The notes under the pieces: generated by a model
Databases searched by the model: none
The model's input: the letters and a program-made list of their open reading frames with translations, nothing else
Told to the model about the DNA's origin: nothing
Shown here: piece by piece, positions 28,616 to 37,724 of the stretch
How the letters are laid out: each line of letters starts with the position of its first letter
Numbering within the stretch: position 1 is the first letter of the stretch
Translations under genes and position numbers: made by a program
From: a virus
DNA: 64,000 nt
IMG/VR virus record: IMGVR_UViG_3300025646_005470
Reading direction: 5' to 3' (one strand)

Positions 28616-31600
28616 TTAAAGACCTGCTAGAGTTTTAATTCTTTGAATGTTTTCGTTGCTTTTTTCTAACTCATCAGCAATTGCATTTAACCATCCTGAT
28701 TCTTCTGGACGTCTATCGCCGTCTGATACATCAGCATAACCAATTGAGTCTGCTTCTTGTCTTAGCATTGCAACTATTTCTTTTGTGGATTTACCAGCAA
28801 ATTGACCTTTGCCTTGTTTACCATCTTCAATTTCACTCATAACAGCATCTTTGTATTCTTCCCACTCGCCTTGAGCGTCCATTCTCATGCTGTTCCATTC
28901 GTCTTTTGCAATTCTGTCCATGTCTGCTTGTGACATAGGCTCTTCTTTTACGCCTTTGATTTTCGCTGTTACGGCTTTGAATTGTTGATACAGTGTTTTG
29001 ATCTTTGATGCAAACTTTTTATCCACTAGCACAGCATCACCTTGTCCTGCAAACCCACCTGGTTGTGCTTGGCTGACTGCTGTGGACACAGTGTCAATAA
29101 AGTCCTCATAAAAATCGTAACCTGGAATACCGGACATATCCAAATATTGAAGAACATCACCATATGAGAACATATCGTCCTCTGAAACTTCTTCACCAGC
29201 CATTATGGTTTGATAAATGTCTTTCATGTTCCACAGTGCGGCATTTACCAATGCTGGATGATCTTCACCTTCGTTGTGATCATAAGGGTTGTCGTTGATT
29301 CCTGTGGCTCTTCTGGTTTTGCCTTTTTTGCCATATGCTACAGTGCCTGTGCTCATGTCATCTTCACCTAAAAAATTAACGCCCATGGATTTCAGCATTT
29401 GATAGACCATCTCCAGAGTGTCTTCACCACCTTGGCCAATGGTGCCAAACATCTCTTCAATTTCATCGTGCATGGCTTTGGTTATGGGCATGTACTTCAT
29501 TACTTGATCAATTTCCATTGAATCTGCTTTGTCCTCACCAAACTTATCAACCACTGCCGCCCATTCATTTTCTTCATAGGCATCTGTGAGTATGCCTGTG
29601 TCTGTCCATGCTTTGATCATTCCCCAAACAAGATTATCATAATTGTTTGATTGATACTTGCTGTATTTGTCATACCATGCCTTGAGTTTATTCTTGTCTA
29701 CTTTTTTTGCTCTTGCTCTTAATCTTGCTTCTGCATCTGCTACTTCTTTGTCTTGTGCTTGTATATTTCTTTTCAAGGCATCCATATCTTGCTCATCGTT
29801 CTCTGCTAGGCCAAAACCCACAACATCGTCGCCTAAAATCTTTGCCGCTTCTCTGCAGTTGTCTTCGTCAATTTCAGACACACCCATTATTTTCTTGTAG
29901 TCTTCTTGCATGGCGTGTGTGATGGGCAACATTTTGGCAAATTTTTCTGGATTAGCAAATAGATCTTGTTCAGCTTCGTATTTGTCACCGCCTATGGCTT
30001 TAACTGCTTTTGCGAATTCATTGGCTTCTACACCGTCTGTTAAAATGCCTGTATCTATGTAGGCCTTCAACATACCTGCTGGTAGCTCATCTGCATTGTT
30101 GCCTTTATATTTTTTGTATTTGTTGAACCAATCTTGGAGTGCTGACTTGTCTACTGCTTCATTAACATCTTCGCCCATACCACGATCTTGCATTTTAGCC
30201 TTTAGATTGTGCATGTCATCTTCAAGCTCTTGTTTTCGTTTCATTAACTCTTTTTTAAGTTCTGGATCTTTTGCTGTGTTTGGATTTAATTGAATATCTT
30301 GTAGTGCTTTTTTCTTTGCTAGAATATTCTGCATTTGTGCTTTGAAATCTTTTGTGTCTTGATATTGACCTAGTGTTTTTGCTACAGATTCATCTGCTTT
30401 AGAAAGTTTTTGAATTTCATGACAGTTACAGTGTTCGCAATCTGGACCGCATGAACATTCCATCACTGGTTTGCCACAACATGCTTCTGGACACATTAAT
30501 TCACCGTCTACTTTTCTTTCTATTAATGATTCATCTTCACCATATGGTGCAACCATTTCTTCTAATTCTTTTTCTGGATTAGGAATAACGTCTTCTGCTT
30601 TTGGTAATTTATCTAATTCAGGTTTAACAGTTTTCATTTTTACACCTTGGATAATTGCTTTTGCAGTTTCTTTTTCCCATGGTTGAATTTGATATGTTTC
30701 TGGATCTTGTTTGATCTTCATTTGAATGTTTGGATCAGTTGCATAACTTGTAAACTTGTCTGAAAGTCTTGCAAGGAACACACTCATTTCATCATCTTTG
30801 ATTTTAGCCGCTAAGTCTGAAAGTCTATATGCCACTTTTGCATCTTTGTTTGTGAATGAACCAACTTTTTCTGGATCATATTCTTGCTGTGTAGCATTTG
30901 GGGCATGCATGTCTACAGGATCACCTGCTTTGATCTTTGCCATAATTCTATCTGCTAATGCTTTTGATGAATTATCTTGCTCTGCTTTTGCTTCATCAAC
31001 AATTGATTGTAATAAAGGAAGTACTTCACCAATCTTTTCATCAAATTTTGTAACTGTAAATTTGTTTTTTAATTCTTCAAGTGCTTCAATTGTTGGTTGT
31101 ACCGTTTCACTTGCTTTGTAGTTTTCTTTAAAGTCAGCATAACCAGTTGCTGTGGTTAGTTTATGAACTGTATTTTTAATTTTTGCAATTTTGTCATTTA
31201 CTAATGGCAATATATCTGCCGCTTGTTCTTGCACTTGTTCAAAACGTCTTGCGAATTTTGTAACTTCTTTTAATTTTGCCAATTGATCTGATAGGTTAAC
31301 AATTGCTTCACCAACTTCATCATGTGGTTTACCACCAGCATGTACGTGACGTGCCATTGCTCTTGCACCATTTAAATGAATGTGTGGATATTTAAATCTT
31401 TCGCCTTCTGATGTTTCTACAAAAATACCTTGAATGTTTCTCGATCTAGCACCTCTGCTGTTTTCATCAACTGCTTTGTTGTGTCTTACAATCACTTTAA
31501 CACCTTCAAGTTTTTGTTCACTTGTTTTTGTTGATCCTTGTAATGGTGTATAACCTTCTGTTTGTAACTCGCTCATATCTATTTCATTCCTATTTTGATC

Positions 31601-31930
31601 AATTTTAAATGCATAGTTTTTTGGCTTTAGTTCTTTGCCAAATATTCTATGATCAAAATCAAGCATATAGCTCTTTGCAATATGCTTTATGTTATTTATA
31701 ACTCCTTTGACTTTTTCGTCTGTTTTTTCAGCACCTTGATGTAGTTTAATTTCGCTGTTATCTGCGTCTACATGCACCATATAATTGGGCATTTTCACAT
31801 AAAAGTAGCGAGAAAGCTCTGGATTCACTGTTTCGTTGCCTGTAGATGCGTCATACATCTTAACATCGTGTCCAGATCCTTTGATAATTTTAAAAATCTT
31901 GTTTGCTACTGTGTCAATATTAACTGCCAT
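28616..31930 (-). CDS. Large modular hypothetical protein, putative head-internal
   Basis: 1104 aa; TAAATA-N5-ATG; internal ~90-aa duplication; Cys cluster; C-terminal IQRIKTLAGL. Confidence 0.8.
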   Translation of the reverse strand: MAVNIDTVANKIFKIIKGSGHDVKMYDASTGNETVNPELSRYFYVKMPNYMVHVDADNSEIKLHQGAEKTDEKVKGVINNIKHIAKSYMLDFDHRIFGKELKPKNYAFKIDQNRNEIDMSELQTEGYTPLQGSTKTSEQKLEGVKVIVRHNKAVDENSRGARSRNIQGIFVETSEGERFKYPHIHLNGARAMARHVHAGGKPHDEVGEAIVNLSDQLAKLKEVTKFARRFEQVQEQAADILPLVNDKIAKIKNTVHKLTTATGYADFKENYKASETVQPTIEALEELKNKFTVTKFDEKIGEVLPLLQSIVDEAKAEQDNSSKALADRIMAKIKAGDPVDMHAPNATQQEYDPEKVGSFTNKDAKVAYRLSDLAAKIKDDEMSVFLARLSDKFTSYATDPNIQMKIKQDPETYQIQPWEKETAKAIIQGVKMKTVKPELDKLPKAEDVIPNPEKELEEMVAPYGEDESLIERKVDGELMCPEACCGKPVMECSCGPDCEHCNCHEIQKLSKADESVAKTLGQYQDTKDFKAQMQNILAKKKALQDIQLNPNTAKDPELKKELMKRKQELEDDMHNLKAKMQDRGMGEDVNEAVDKSALQDWFNKYKKYKGNNADELPAGMLKAYIDTGILTDGVEANEFAKAVKAIGGDKYEAEQDLFANPEKFAKMLPITHAMQEDYKKIMGVSEIDEDNCREAAKILGDDVVGFGLAENDEQDMDALKRNIQAQDKEVADAEARLRARAKKVDKNKLKAWYDKYSKYQSNNYDNLVWGMIKAWTDTGILTDAYEENEWAAVVDKFGEDKADSMEIDQVMKYMPITKAMHDEIEEMFGTIGQGGEDTLEMVYQMLKSMGVNFLGEDDMSTGTVAYGKKGKTRRATGINDNPYDHNEGEDHPALVNAALWNMKDIYQTIMAGEEVSEDDMFSYGDVLQYLDMSGIPGYDFYEDFIDTVSTAVSQAQPGGFAGQGDAVLVDKKFASKIKTLYQQFKAVTAKIKGVKEEPMSQADMDRIAKDEWNSMRMDAQGEWEEYKDAVMSEIEDGKQGKGQFAGKSTKEIVAMLRQEADSIGYADVSDGDRRPEESGWLNAIADELEKSNENIQRIKTLAGL

Positions 31931-31948
31931 ACTAGTATTTATGCTTTC

Positions 31949-33544
31949 CTATATAATTATTGGCATTGGTTCTTGATAATCATCGTCATCATCAAGAGTT
32001 GCCCCCAAAGATTGTTCCATTGTAGCGTCATATTTGGTTAAAAAGTCTGTCATACGCACAATTAACAGCAATGCTGACACTAGATCATCATGCTCTCCTG
32101 ATTTTGCTTCAAACGAATTGCCTTTTGCAACAAAAACCTTTAGCTCTCGTATAAGTGGTTTAGAATAAAGTGTGATTTTGTCTGCTTCTACCCATGCTTT
32201 TAGTTTAGAACAAGCAGTGACTTTTGATTTGTTGGTTGTGTTGTAGCCTTTACGCACTACTCTACGCTGTTGTCCACCTCGTCTTGGTTCATGTAAGAAA
32301 TATCCTGGAAATTTATCTTCTCCCATTTCATCAACAGTTACAATTGCGGCTTCACCAAGTGTATTGTTTTCAATAGTCCAGTATATTTCTGGATTTGGCG
32401 TACCACTTGCTCGTAACTGCTGATCTATTTCTTTGAGTATGCTGTGCATTACTCTAACTTGCCCCTGGATAGGTGTTTTATTATGTTGCCATTCAGCAAC
32501 TTGTTTGAAATCTGGTAAACTAAACACTTGTATGGCCGCAAAGTCGCCGCCTGTACCCAAACATGGGTCCAATGATACTAAATAGGTGTTGCCTTTTTGT
32601 ACTTTTTGATACCAACGTACTTGTCCATGCTTAACCAGTGGTTGTGTACCTTGCAGTGTAATTAATTTTATACCATTAATAAGTGTTTCATCAAATGCAA
32701 TAAACTCACATTCGTGTTCTCGTCTAAATCTTTCTTCACCAATACGTTGTCTTTCTTCTTTGGCCCATACTTCATTTCTTTCTGGATGCTGACTCCAGTG
32801 TACAAACTTTGGTCTAAAACCATTTAAGCCTACATCTGCTGGATTACCGTATTCATCTTGTAGTTTGTTAGCACCTCTCCATAGTTGTGCAAACAAATCA
32901 TCATCATTGTTTGGTGTACTTGTAATAATACACTTACCACCTGTTGACAGTGTTGGTGAAAGTGAAGTCCAAAATTCTCTAGCCTTGTTTTGTGGTTCAA
33001 CGAATGCAAACTCATCCATGTATATCATTGATATAGACATACCACGTCCTGTTGTTTCTGTGGTTGTTTGTGCAATAATTCTTGAACCGTTGTCAAAATC
33101 CATAGATCCTTTGTTGTAGGATGTTACTCCACATCTAATATAGTCTGGACATTCTTCATATGCAAATCTCACACGTTGCATAATGTCTTGAGCACCTTGA
33201 TATTTGTGTGCCGCAATTAGTATTAGTGTGTCTGGATGGAACATAGCATACCATAATAGGTATCCTGCCGCACAGGTTGTCTTGCCTGTTTGTCTAGCAC
33301 ACATGGCAATAGCAAATCTGTAGTTGTTGTATGTTTCTAGTAGTTCTTCTTGAAACGGATATGGATCAAATCTCATTCTACCTTTGGTAGGATGTTGAAT
33401 CCACATGTGTGATTTCATAAAATGTATGTAACCTGTGTCTAAATCTGCACATTTTTTTAAATCTTGTAGTTGTTCTTCTGTGTATTTAGATTTTGAGTAG
33501 GCTTTTTTGACTAGGTTACCTTCTAAAATTTTACTTCTTGCCAT
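31949..33544 (-). CDS. gp17: Terminase large subunit
   Basis: ARQTGKT Walker A, IYMDEFAF Walker B, ITSTPN, SLDP...GGDF, HDDLV. Confidence 0.95.
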   Translation of the reverse strand: MARSKILEGNLVKKAYSKSKYTEEQLQDLKKCADLDTGYIHFMKSHMWIQHPTKGRMRFDPYPFQEELLETYNNYRFAIAMCARQTGKTTCAAGYLLWYAMFHPDTLILIAAHKYQGAQDIMQRVRFAYEECPDYIRCGVTSYNKGSMDFDNGSRIIAQTTTETTGRGMSISMIYMDEFAFVEPQNKAREFWTSLSPTLSTGGKCIITSTPNNDDDLFAQLWRGANKLQDEYGNPADVGLNGFRPKFVHWSQHPERNEVWAKEERQRIGEERFRREHECEFIAFDETLINGIKLITLQGTQPLVKHGQVRWYQKVQKGNTYLVSLDPCLGTGGDFAAIQVFSLPDFKQVAEWQHNKTPIQGQVRVMHSILKEIDQQLRASGTPNPEIYWTIENNTLGEAAIVTVDEMGEDKFPGYFLHEPRRGGQQRRVVRKGYNTTNKSKVTACSKLKAWVEADKITLYSKPLIRELKVFVAKGNSFEAKSGEHDDLVSALLLIVRMTDFLTKYDATMEQSLGATLDDDDDYQEPMPIII

Positions 33545-33549
33545 ACTTG

Positions 33550-33557
33550 TATTTATA
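33550..33557 (-). promoter_or_regulatory. T4-type late promoter (leaderless geometry)
   Basis: TATAAATA-N5-ATG. Confidence 0.75.
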
Positions 33558-33573
33558 CTAATTATATACGCTG

Positions 33574-34017
33574 TTAATTTTTATCAAGAAAAGAACGTAT
33601 TCTAATTTTATTTTTGTTGGTTACGCAGGTGTTGATAAATGCTGAGAGAAAATCAAAATGATTTCTCAAATCCAAAAATAATGCATCATTTAATCTATCA
33701 CGTGCAAGGTCGTAACTGGATTTTCCAATATTGGAAAAATATTCTTGTGAAAGACCTTTGCGTTGACCATATGTTGGAAACACTCCCATGGTAAACAAAC
33801 AAGTATCTCCTAGTTGTTTGGCTCTAATGCCGTATGGACTATCTAGTTTTAAATAACTTTCTGCAAAACTATCATCAGGTAAAAAATTTGTTTTCTCAAC
33901 ATGGTCTGCAAGAAGCATTATGATATATGTTTCAATATCAAATGATAAATCATAACCGTATGTGTCTTGTGTTTCTTTTACTATACTATGAAACACAGAA
34001 CAATAACTGTCTTGCAT
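33574..34017 (-). CDS. Hypothetical protein
   Basis: 147 aa; KQLGDTCLF..GVFP...YFSNIGKSSY; TAAATA-N5-ATG. Confidence 0.7.
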   Translation of the reverse strand: MQDSYCSVFHSIVKETQDTYGYDLSFDIETYIIMLLADHVEKTNFLPDDSFAESYLKLDSPYGIRAKQLGDTCLFTMGVFPTYGQRKGLSQEYFSNIGKSSYDLARDRLNDALFLDLRNHFDFLSAFINTCVTNKNKIRIRSFLDKN

Positions 34018-34035
34018 ACAAATATTTATGGTATA

Positions 34036-34404
34036 CTAGTAAGCAAGTAATACTATAATATAATATGTAACGTAATGAAGCATCTGATCAATAGATGCAA
34101 AAAACCAATATCCCCGTGATGGTGATTGTATACCAAAATATTTTTGTGTTCTTGATTTTACATGATCAATATTCCAATGTGCTAGATAATCTAACAAAGA
34201 TAATAACAATGCAAACTGCCAAGAAACAAAAAATATCAAAACTAAAAATGCTAGTATACCGTGTTGCAGATAGTGTGCCTGACCCATTAGAGAAAAATAG
34301 TTTGATTTTTTTTGACTGTAATGAATAAGACTTTGAAGATAGAGATCAGCGACTGCATGTTTGAATAGTAGAAAAAGGAACAGCGTCATTCCTTCTACAA
34401 ACAT
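34036..34404 (-). CDS. DUF3307-like membrane protein
   Basis: KHAVADLYLQ, HYLQHG, HWNIDHVK, DQMLH with hydrophobic segments. Confidence 0.75.
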   Translation of the reverse strand: MFVEGMTLFLFLLFKHAVADLYLQSLIHYSQKKSNYFSLMGQAHYLQHGILAFLVLIFFVSWQFALLLSLLDYLAHWNIDHVKSRTQKYFGIQSPSRGYWFFASIDQMLHYVTYYIIVLLAY

Positions 34405-34405
34405 A

Positions 34406-34714
34406 CTATTCTGATTTAAAATCTAAATATTCTTGAGCTAAACGTTGTTCTTTTTCTTCCAACGTTTCTTCAATTGGATTATCACCATGTCTAGCAGGAA
34501 CAAATCTTAATTTTCTCTGTGCCTTTTTAGTTGGTGTTAATGCGTCAATGTCAATGTCTTGCTCATTCGGTTCAGTTGTTGCGTCTAAAGTTACTTCGTC
34601 TTCTTCTGCAACATCTTCTTCTGCTTTAGGTTGTACAACTAAAATAGTTGGCTGAATCCCAGCAAGTGTAAGTAATCTTGACAACGCATCATTTTCATTA
34701 ATTTTGTCTGACAT
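34406..34714 (-). CDS. Hypothetical protein with scaffold-like LAGI motif
   Basis: INENDALSRLLTLAGI. Confidence 0.7.
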   Translation of the reverse strand: MSDKINENDALSRLLTLAGIQPTILVVQPKAEEDVAEEDEVTLDATTEPNEQDIDIDALTPTKKAQRKLRFVPARHGDNPIEETLEEKEQRLAQEYLDFKSE

Positions 34715-35283
34715 TACTTTTTTCCTTTCGCAATATAACTTGTAACTTTTGATTCTTGTAATCCAGTTACTACTTCAACATTGCCGCCTTCGCTTTTTTG
34801 TTCTTTAGCAAGTGCTTTTAAAAAATTTTGTTTTGATTTTTCATCATGTACAATACCTTTAGTATCTGCTGATTCTTGTTTTGCATAGTCTTGTCCCATA
34901 ATTGGTTCATAAGCATCATTAGATTTTTGTGCATTTAGTTTTTCTTGTTCTTGATTTAAAGGATCACCTTCGTGTGTTACTACTACACATTCGTATGGTA
35001 AACCCATTCTGTCTGATAAATGTCTTGCAAGTGTATCATATGATACTGGCATAGCAGTTGTAACTTCAACTATTGTTACTTCTGTATTGGTAACATTTGC
35101 TGGAAAATGCAGTGGATGTTCCTGCATAATAGTTTTTTTAGGGCTACCTATTTTTACTACACTGTATGGTGCAAGTGCTAATTCCATTGCATCTAGGTGT
35201 GAGTTTTCAAGTATACCTGCAAAGTGTACTTTAAATGTGTACTCTTTTACTGCTTCTGCTAGATATTCTTTAAATGTTTTCAT
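34714..35283 (-). CDS. Putative capsid-internal protein
   Basis: N-terminus MKTFKEYLAE closely matches the T4 internal-protein capsid targeting sequence. Confidence 0.7.
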   Translation of the reverse strand: MKTFKEYLAEAVKEYTFKVHFAGILENSHLDAMELALAPYSVVKIGSPKKTIMQEHPLHFPANVTNTEVTIVEVTTAMPVSYDTLARHLSDRMGLPYECVVVTHEGDPLNQEQEKLNAQKSNDAYEPIMGQDYAKQESADTKGIVHDEKSKQNFLKALAKEQKSEGGNVEVVTGLQESKVTSYIAKGKK

Positions 35284-35301
35284 CGTTAATTTCCTATAAT
35301 T

Positions 35302-35889
35302 TTATTTATCTTTTTTATCGTTATCTACTCTATCTAAGATCTGCTTTAATAGTTCATTACGATCACCTACAACATAGCCTTCTCCTTCAACTATATCCGC
35401 ACTAGAATCGCCTGTTTTGCTCATTTGATCTATTCTTTGCTTCTTTAATTGTAGTTCAACCATGCGTAATTTCTTTTCTAGTTTAGCATTTTTAGCCTCA
35501 ACAGCGTTTTTAAGCATAGTAGAAGCAACTTCAAACAGTTTGCCTGAATGTCTTACTTCTACATTCATACCTAAATTCATTAGATCTTGATAGGATTTCA
35601 TTGCTTCGTTGGCGTATGTGTCCATGTCTTGATCTTCTGCATCTAGTCCTGTTACTTGTGGTAAAGCACGATCTATTTTTTCAGCAGTTGAAATTGCTCT
35701 TAGGATTGGTGTTGCAGAGGTGTCCTCATTGCTCGTTTCTTCAACTTGCTCACTATTTTCCTTTTGAATTTCTTCACCGCTGTTCTGATGTTGTGCATCC
35801 TCCTCTTTGGTGTCATTTTTTGGCTCATCTAAACCCTCCTTGGCTTGATCTATAATTTCTTCCATTGATATTTTATTTTCGTCTGTCAT
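35302..35889 (-). CDS. Terminase small subunit-like
   Basis: LFEVASTMLK...coiled coil...VGDRNELLK resembles gp16 of T4-like phages; lies near gp17. Confidence 0.5.
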   Translation of the reverse strand: MTDENKISMEEIIDQAKEGLDEPKNDTKEEDAQHQNSGEEIQKENSEQVEETSNEDTSATPILRAISTAEKIDRALPQVTGLDAEDQDMDTYANEAMKSYQDLMNLGMNVEVRHSGKLFEVASTMLKNAVEAKNAKLEKKLRMVELQLKKQRIDQMSKTGDSSADIVEGEGYVVGDRNELLKQILDRVDNDKKDK

Positions 35890-35921
35890 AACTAGTTCCT
35901 ATTAACTACGTATATAATTAT

Positions 35922-36824
35922 TTATCCAAGTATTGCACCACCACTAAAAGTTATACCGCCAGACGCTATAATATGTTCATAATCTGCTTGGTATCCTGAG
36001 TTATCACCGGAAGCAAATATAGTTGACATTGTTGCAGTGTTGGGTGCTGTCAAAACTTTTGCCGCGGTGTCTAAATATAATTGATGTCCTAGCGAGTTAT
36101 ATGTTTGTACTCCTGCAGAATTGATTGCACTATCATTCCATTCTGGTGCCATTGAAGTTGAAAACGTTGATATGTAATTCCATTCAGCCGCAACTAACAA
36201 GTAGTAATATTCTCGCATTAACAATGCTCTGAAATCTGCATCGTTGGCAAAGTCACCTGAATATCCTGACGTGTCAAATATTGGATTGCCATCTGATCCA
36301 TTTGTGGTTCTTGCCTGTTGCATAGCATTGTAAATATCGCTTGTTTGATTCATTTGATTCATCTTAGTTGAAAATGTTTGTTGTAGGCCAAACACTGTGA
36401 TTGTGTGTAACAAGTGTTCAACAACTTCCATCACTGCCCCATTGCCTGCTGATACTTCCCAAATAAAATCAACATTTGGATTGTTGTATTTTGTATAATC
36501 AATGCCTGGATAGTTGTCATTGGCATTATCTGCCACTATGCTTGGTGTGTAGGAACCTGGTCCTGAATAACCAAGTAACTGTGATATGCTTGACTGTGCC
36601 ATTTGATTCATAGTGTCGTTTTGATTTGTGGTGTTGATTGATGCTCCCGACCCAAACATCAGTTGCACTGTCTTTGCAACTTTTTTAATCCATGCATCTG
36701 ATACTGCTGTTGCACCACCTAACGTTGGCAGTGCTAATAATTTTATTCCATTTACTAAACAAAATTTTGTCCATGGTGGATAACCAGACGTTGATGTAAT
36801 TGGGCCTCCTGTTTTTGTTGTCAT
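35922..36824 (-). CDS. Hypothetical protein with zincin-like EHxxH motif
   Basis: MEVVEHLLHTIT ... REYYY. Confidence 0.6.
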   Translation of the reverse strand: MTTKTGGPITSTSGYPPWTKFCLVNGIKLLALPTLGGATAVSDAWIKKVAKTVQLMFGSGASINTTNQNDTMNQMAQSSISQLLGYSGPGSYTPSIVADNANDNYPGIDYTKYNNPNVDFIWEVSAGNGAVMEVVEHLLHTITVFGLQQTFSTKMNQMNQTSDIYNAMQQARTTNGSDGNPIFDTSGYSGDFANDADFRALLMREYYYLLVAAEWNYISTFSTSMAPEWNDSAINSAGVQTYNSLGHQLYLDTAAKVLTAPNTATMSTIFASGDNSGYQADYEHIIASGGITFSGGAILG

Positions 36825-36827
36825 GTT

Positions 36828-37259
36828 TTACCTCTTTAGTTTATATATTGAATCTTCGTTGAGTATTCTAAACATAATGCCTTTGCGTTTGCACCATTCT
36901 CCAGCCGCTTTCCATTTGGCTCTGTTTAATGCAATAGTGGCTCTGTCTTTGGCATTTTTTGCCGCTTCTTGTAGTGTTTGGGCTCTTGGCTTTACTTCAA
37001 TCATTTCAGCACGTGGCTTACCACTTTTGGTTAGATACTGTATTAAAAAATCTGGAACATACACTGTGTACTTGCCTGTGAAAGGATTGCGATAGGGTAT
37101 TTTAACAGGTTCACTTGACCATGCAACAATATTTGGATTTGTATCACAAAATTGCATGAATGCCGCTTCCCAACTTGATCTATAAATTGGTACTCGCTGA
37201 CCCACATACTTGCGTGGGTTTTTCATTTCAAATTGTCCTTGTTTAAAATATGCCATCAA
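36828..37259 (-). CDS. gp4: Head completion nuclease (TnsA-N-like)
   Basis: YRSSWE..FM..CD.NP....WSSEP..IPY...Y.PDF...EVKP. Confidence 0.85.
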   Translation of the reverse strand: MMAYFKQGQFEMKNPRKYVGQRVPIYRSSWEAAFMQFCDTNPNIVAWSSEPVKIPYRNPFTGKYTVYVPDFLIQYLTKSGKPRAEMIEVKPRAQTLQEAAKNAKDRATIALNRAKWKAAGEWCKRKGIMFRILNEDSIYKLKR

Positions 37260-37275
37260 TAGTATTTAACCACTA

Positions 37276-37716
37276 TTAATAGGCAATCATTCTTTTGATG
37301 TGGTTTGGTGTTTGTGAAACTGTTATAACTGTTCCAATTTGACTAGTAGTTGGTCTATAATGGTTAATTAATGTTAAGCCTAAATTAGAAAATGAAACTG
37401 GATCCGAAGTTGATGTAAACAATTCATCAACTGTAATGTTTAAAGTTTTTACAGCATCAATGCAAAGTAATGCGTATGCTTTTGCAAGTTGTAATTCTGT
37501 TCCTTCTGATGTGAAAATAGCAAGTATTCTATCGTAATGTGCTGGAGAAATTTGTGTTTGTACACCTCCATATTGATTTAATATTAATGTTGTTACATCT
37601 TGTGCATTTAATTTTGGCTGTGCATTTTGAATTGCATTAAACACATTTCCAAATAATGCAACTATTTTACTTTCACCACCTACTCTTGCTATTTGTTTTG
37701 TACTTTGATTTGCCAT
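37276..37716 (-). CDS. Hypothetical protein
   Basis: 146-aa ORF in the tail operon. Confidence 0.65.
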   Translation of the reverse strand: MANQSTKQIARVGGESKIVALFGNVFNAIQNAQPKLNAQDVTTLILNQYGGVQTQISPAHYDRILAIFTSEGTELQLAKAYALLCIDAVKTLNITVDELFTSTSDPVSFSNLGLTLINHYRPTTSQIGTVITVSQTPNHIKRMIAY

Positions 37717-37724
37717 ATTAACCT

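Noticed and set aside
121-33544. Inteins or introns in nrdA, nrdB, helicase, sufB, uvsX or terminase (common insertion targets)
   Set aside because: All have normal lengths and contiguous motifs, with no Hint or LAGLIDADG insertions seen
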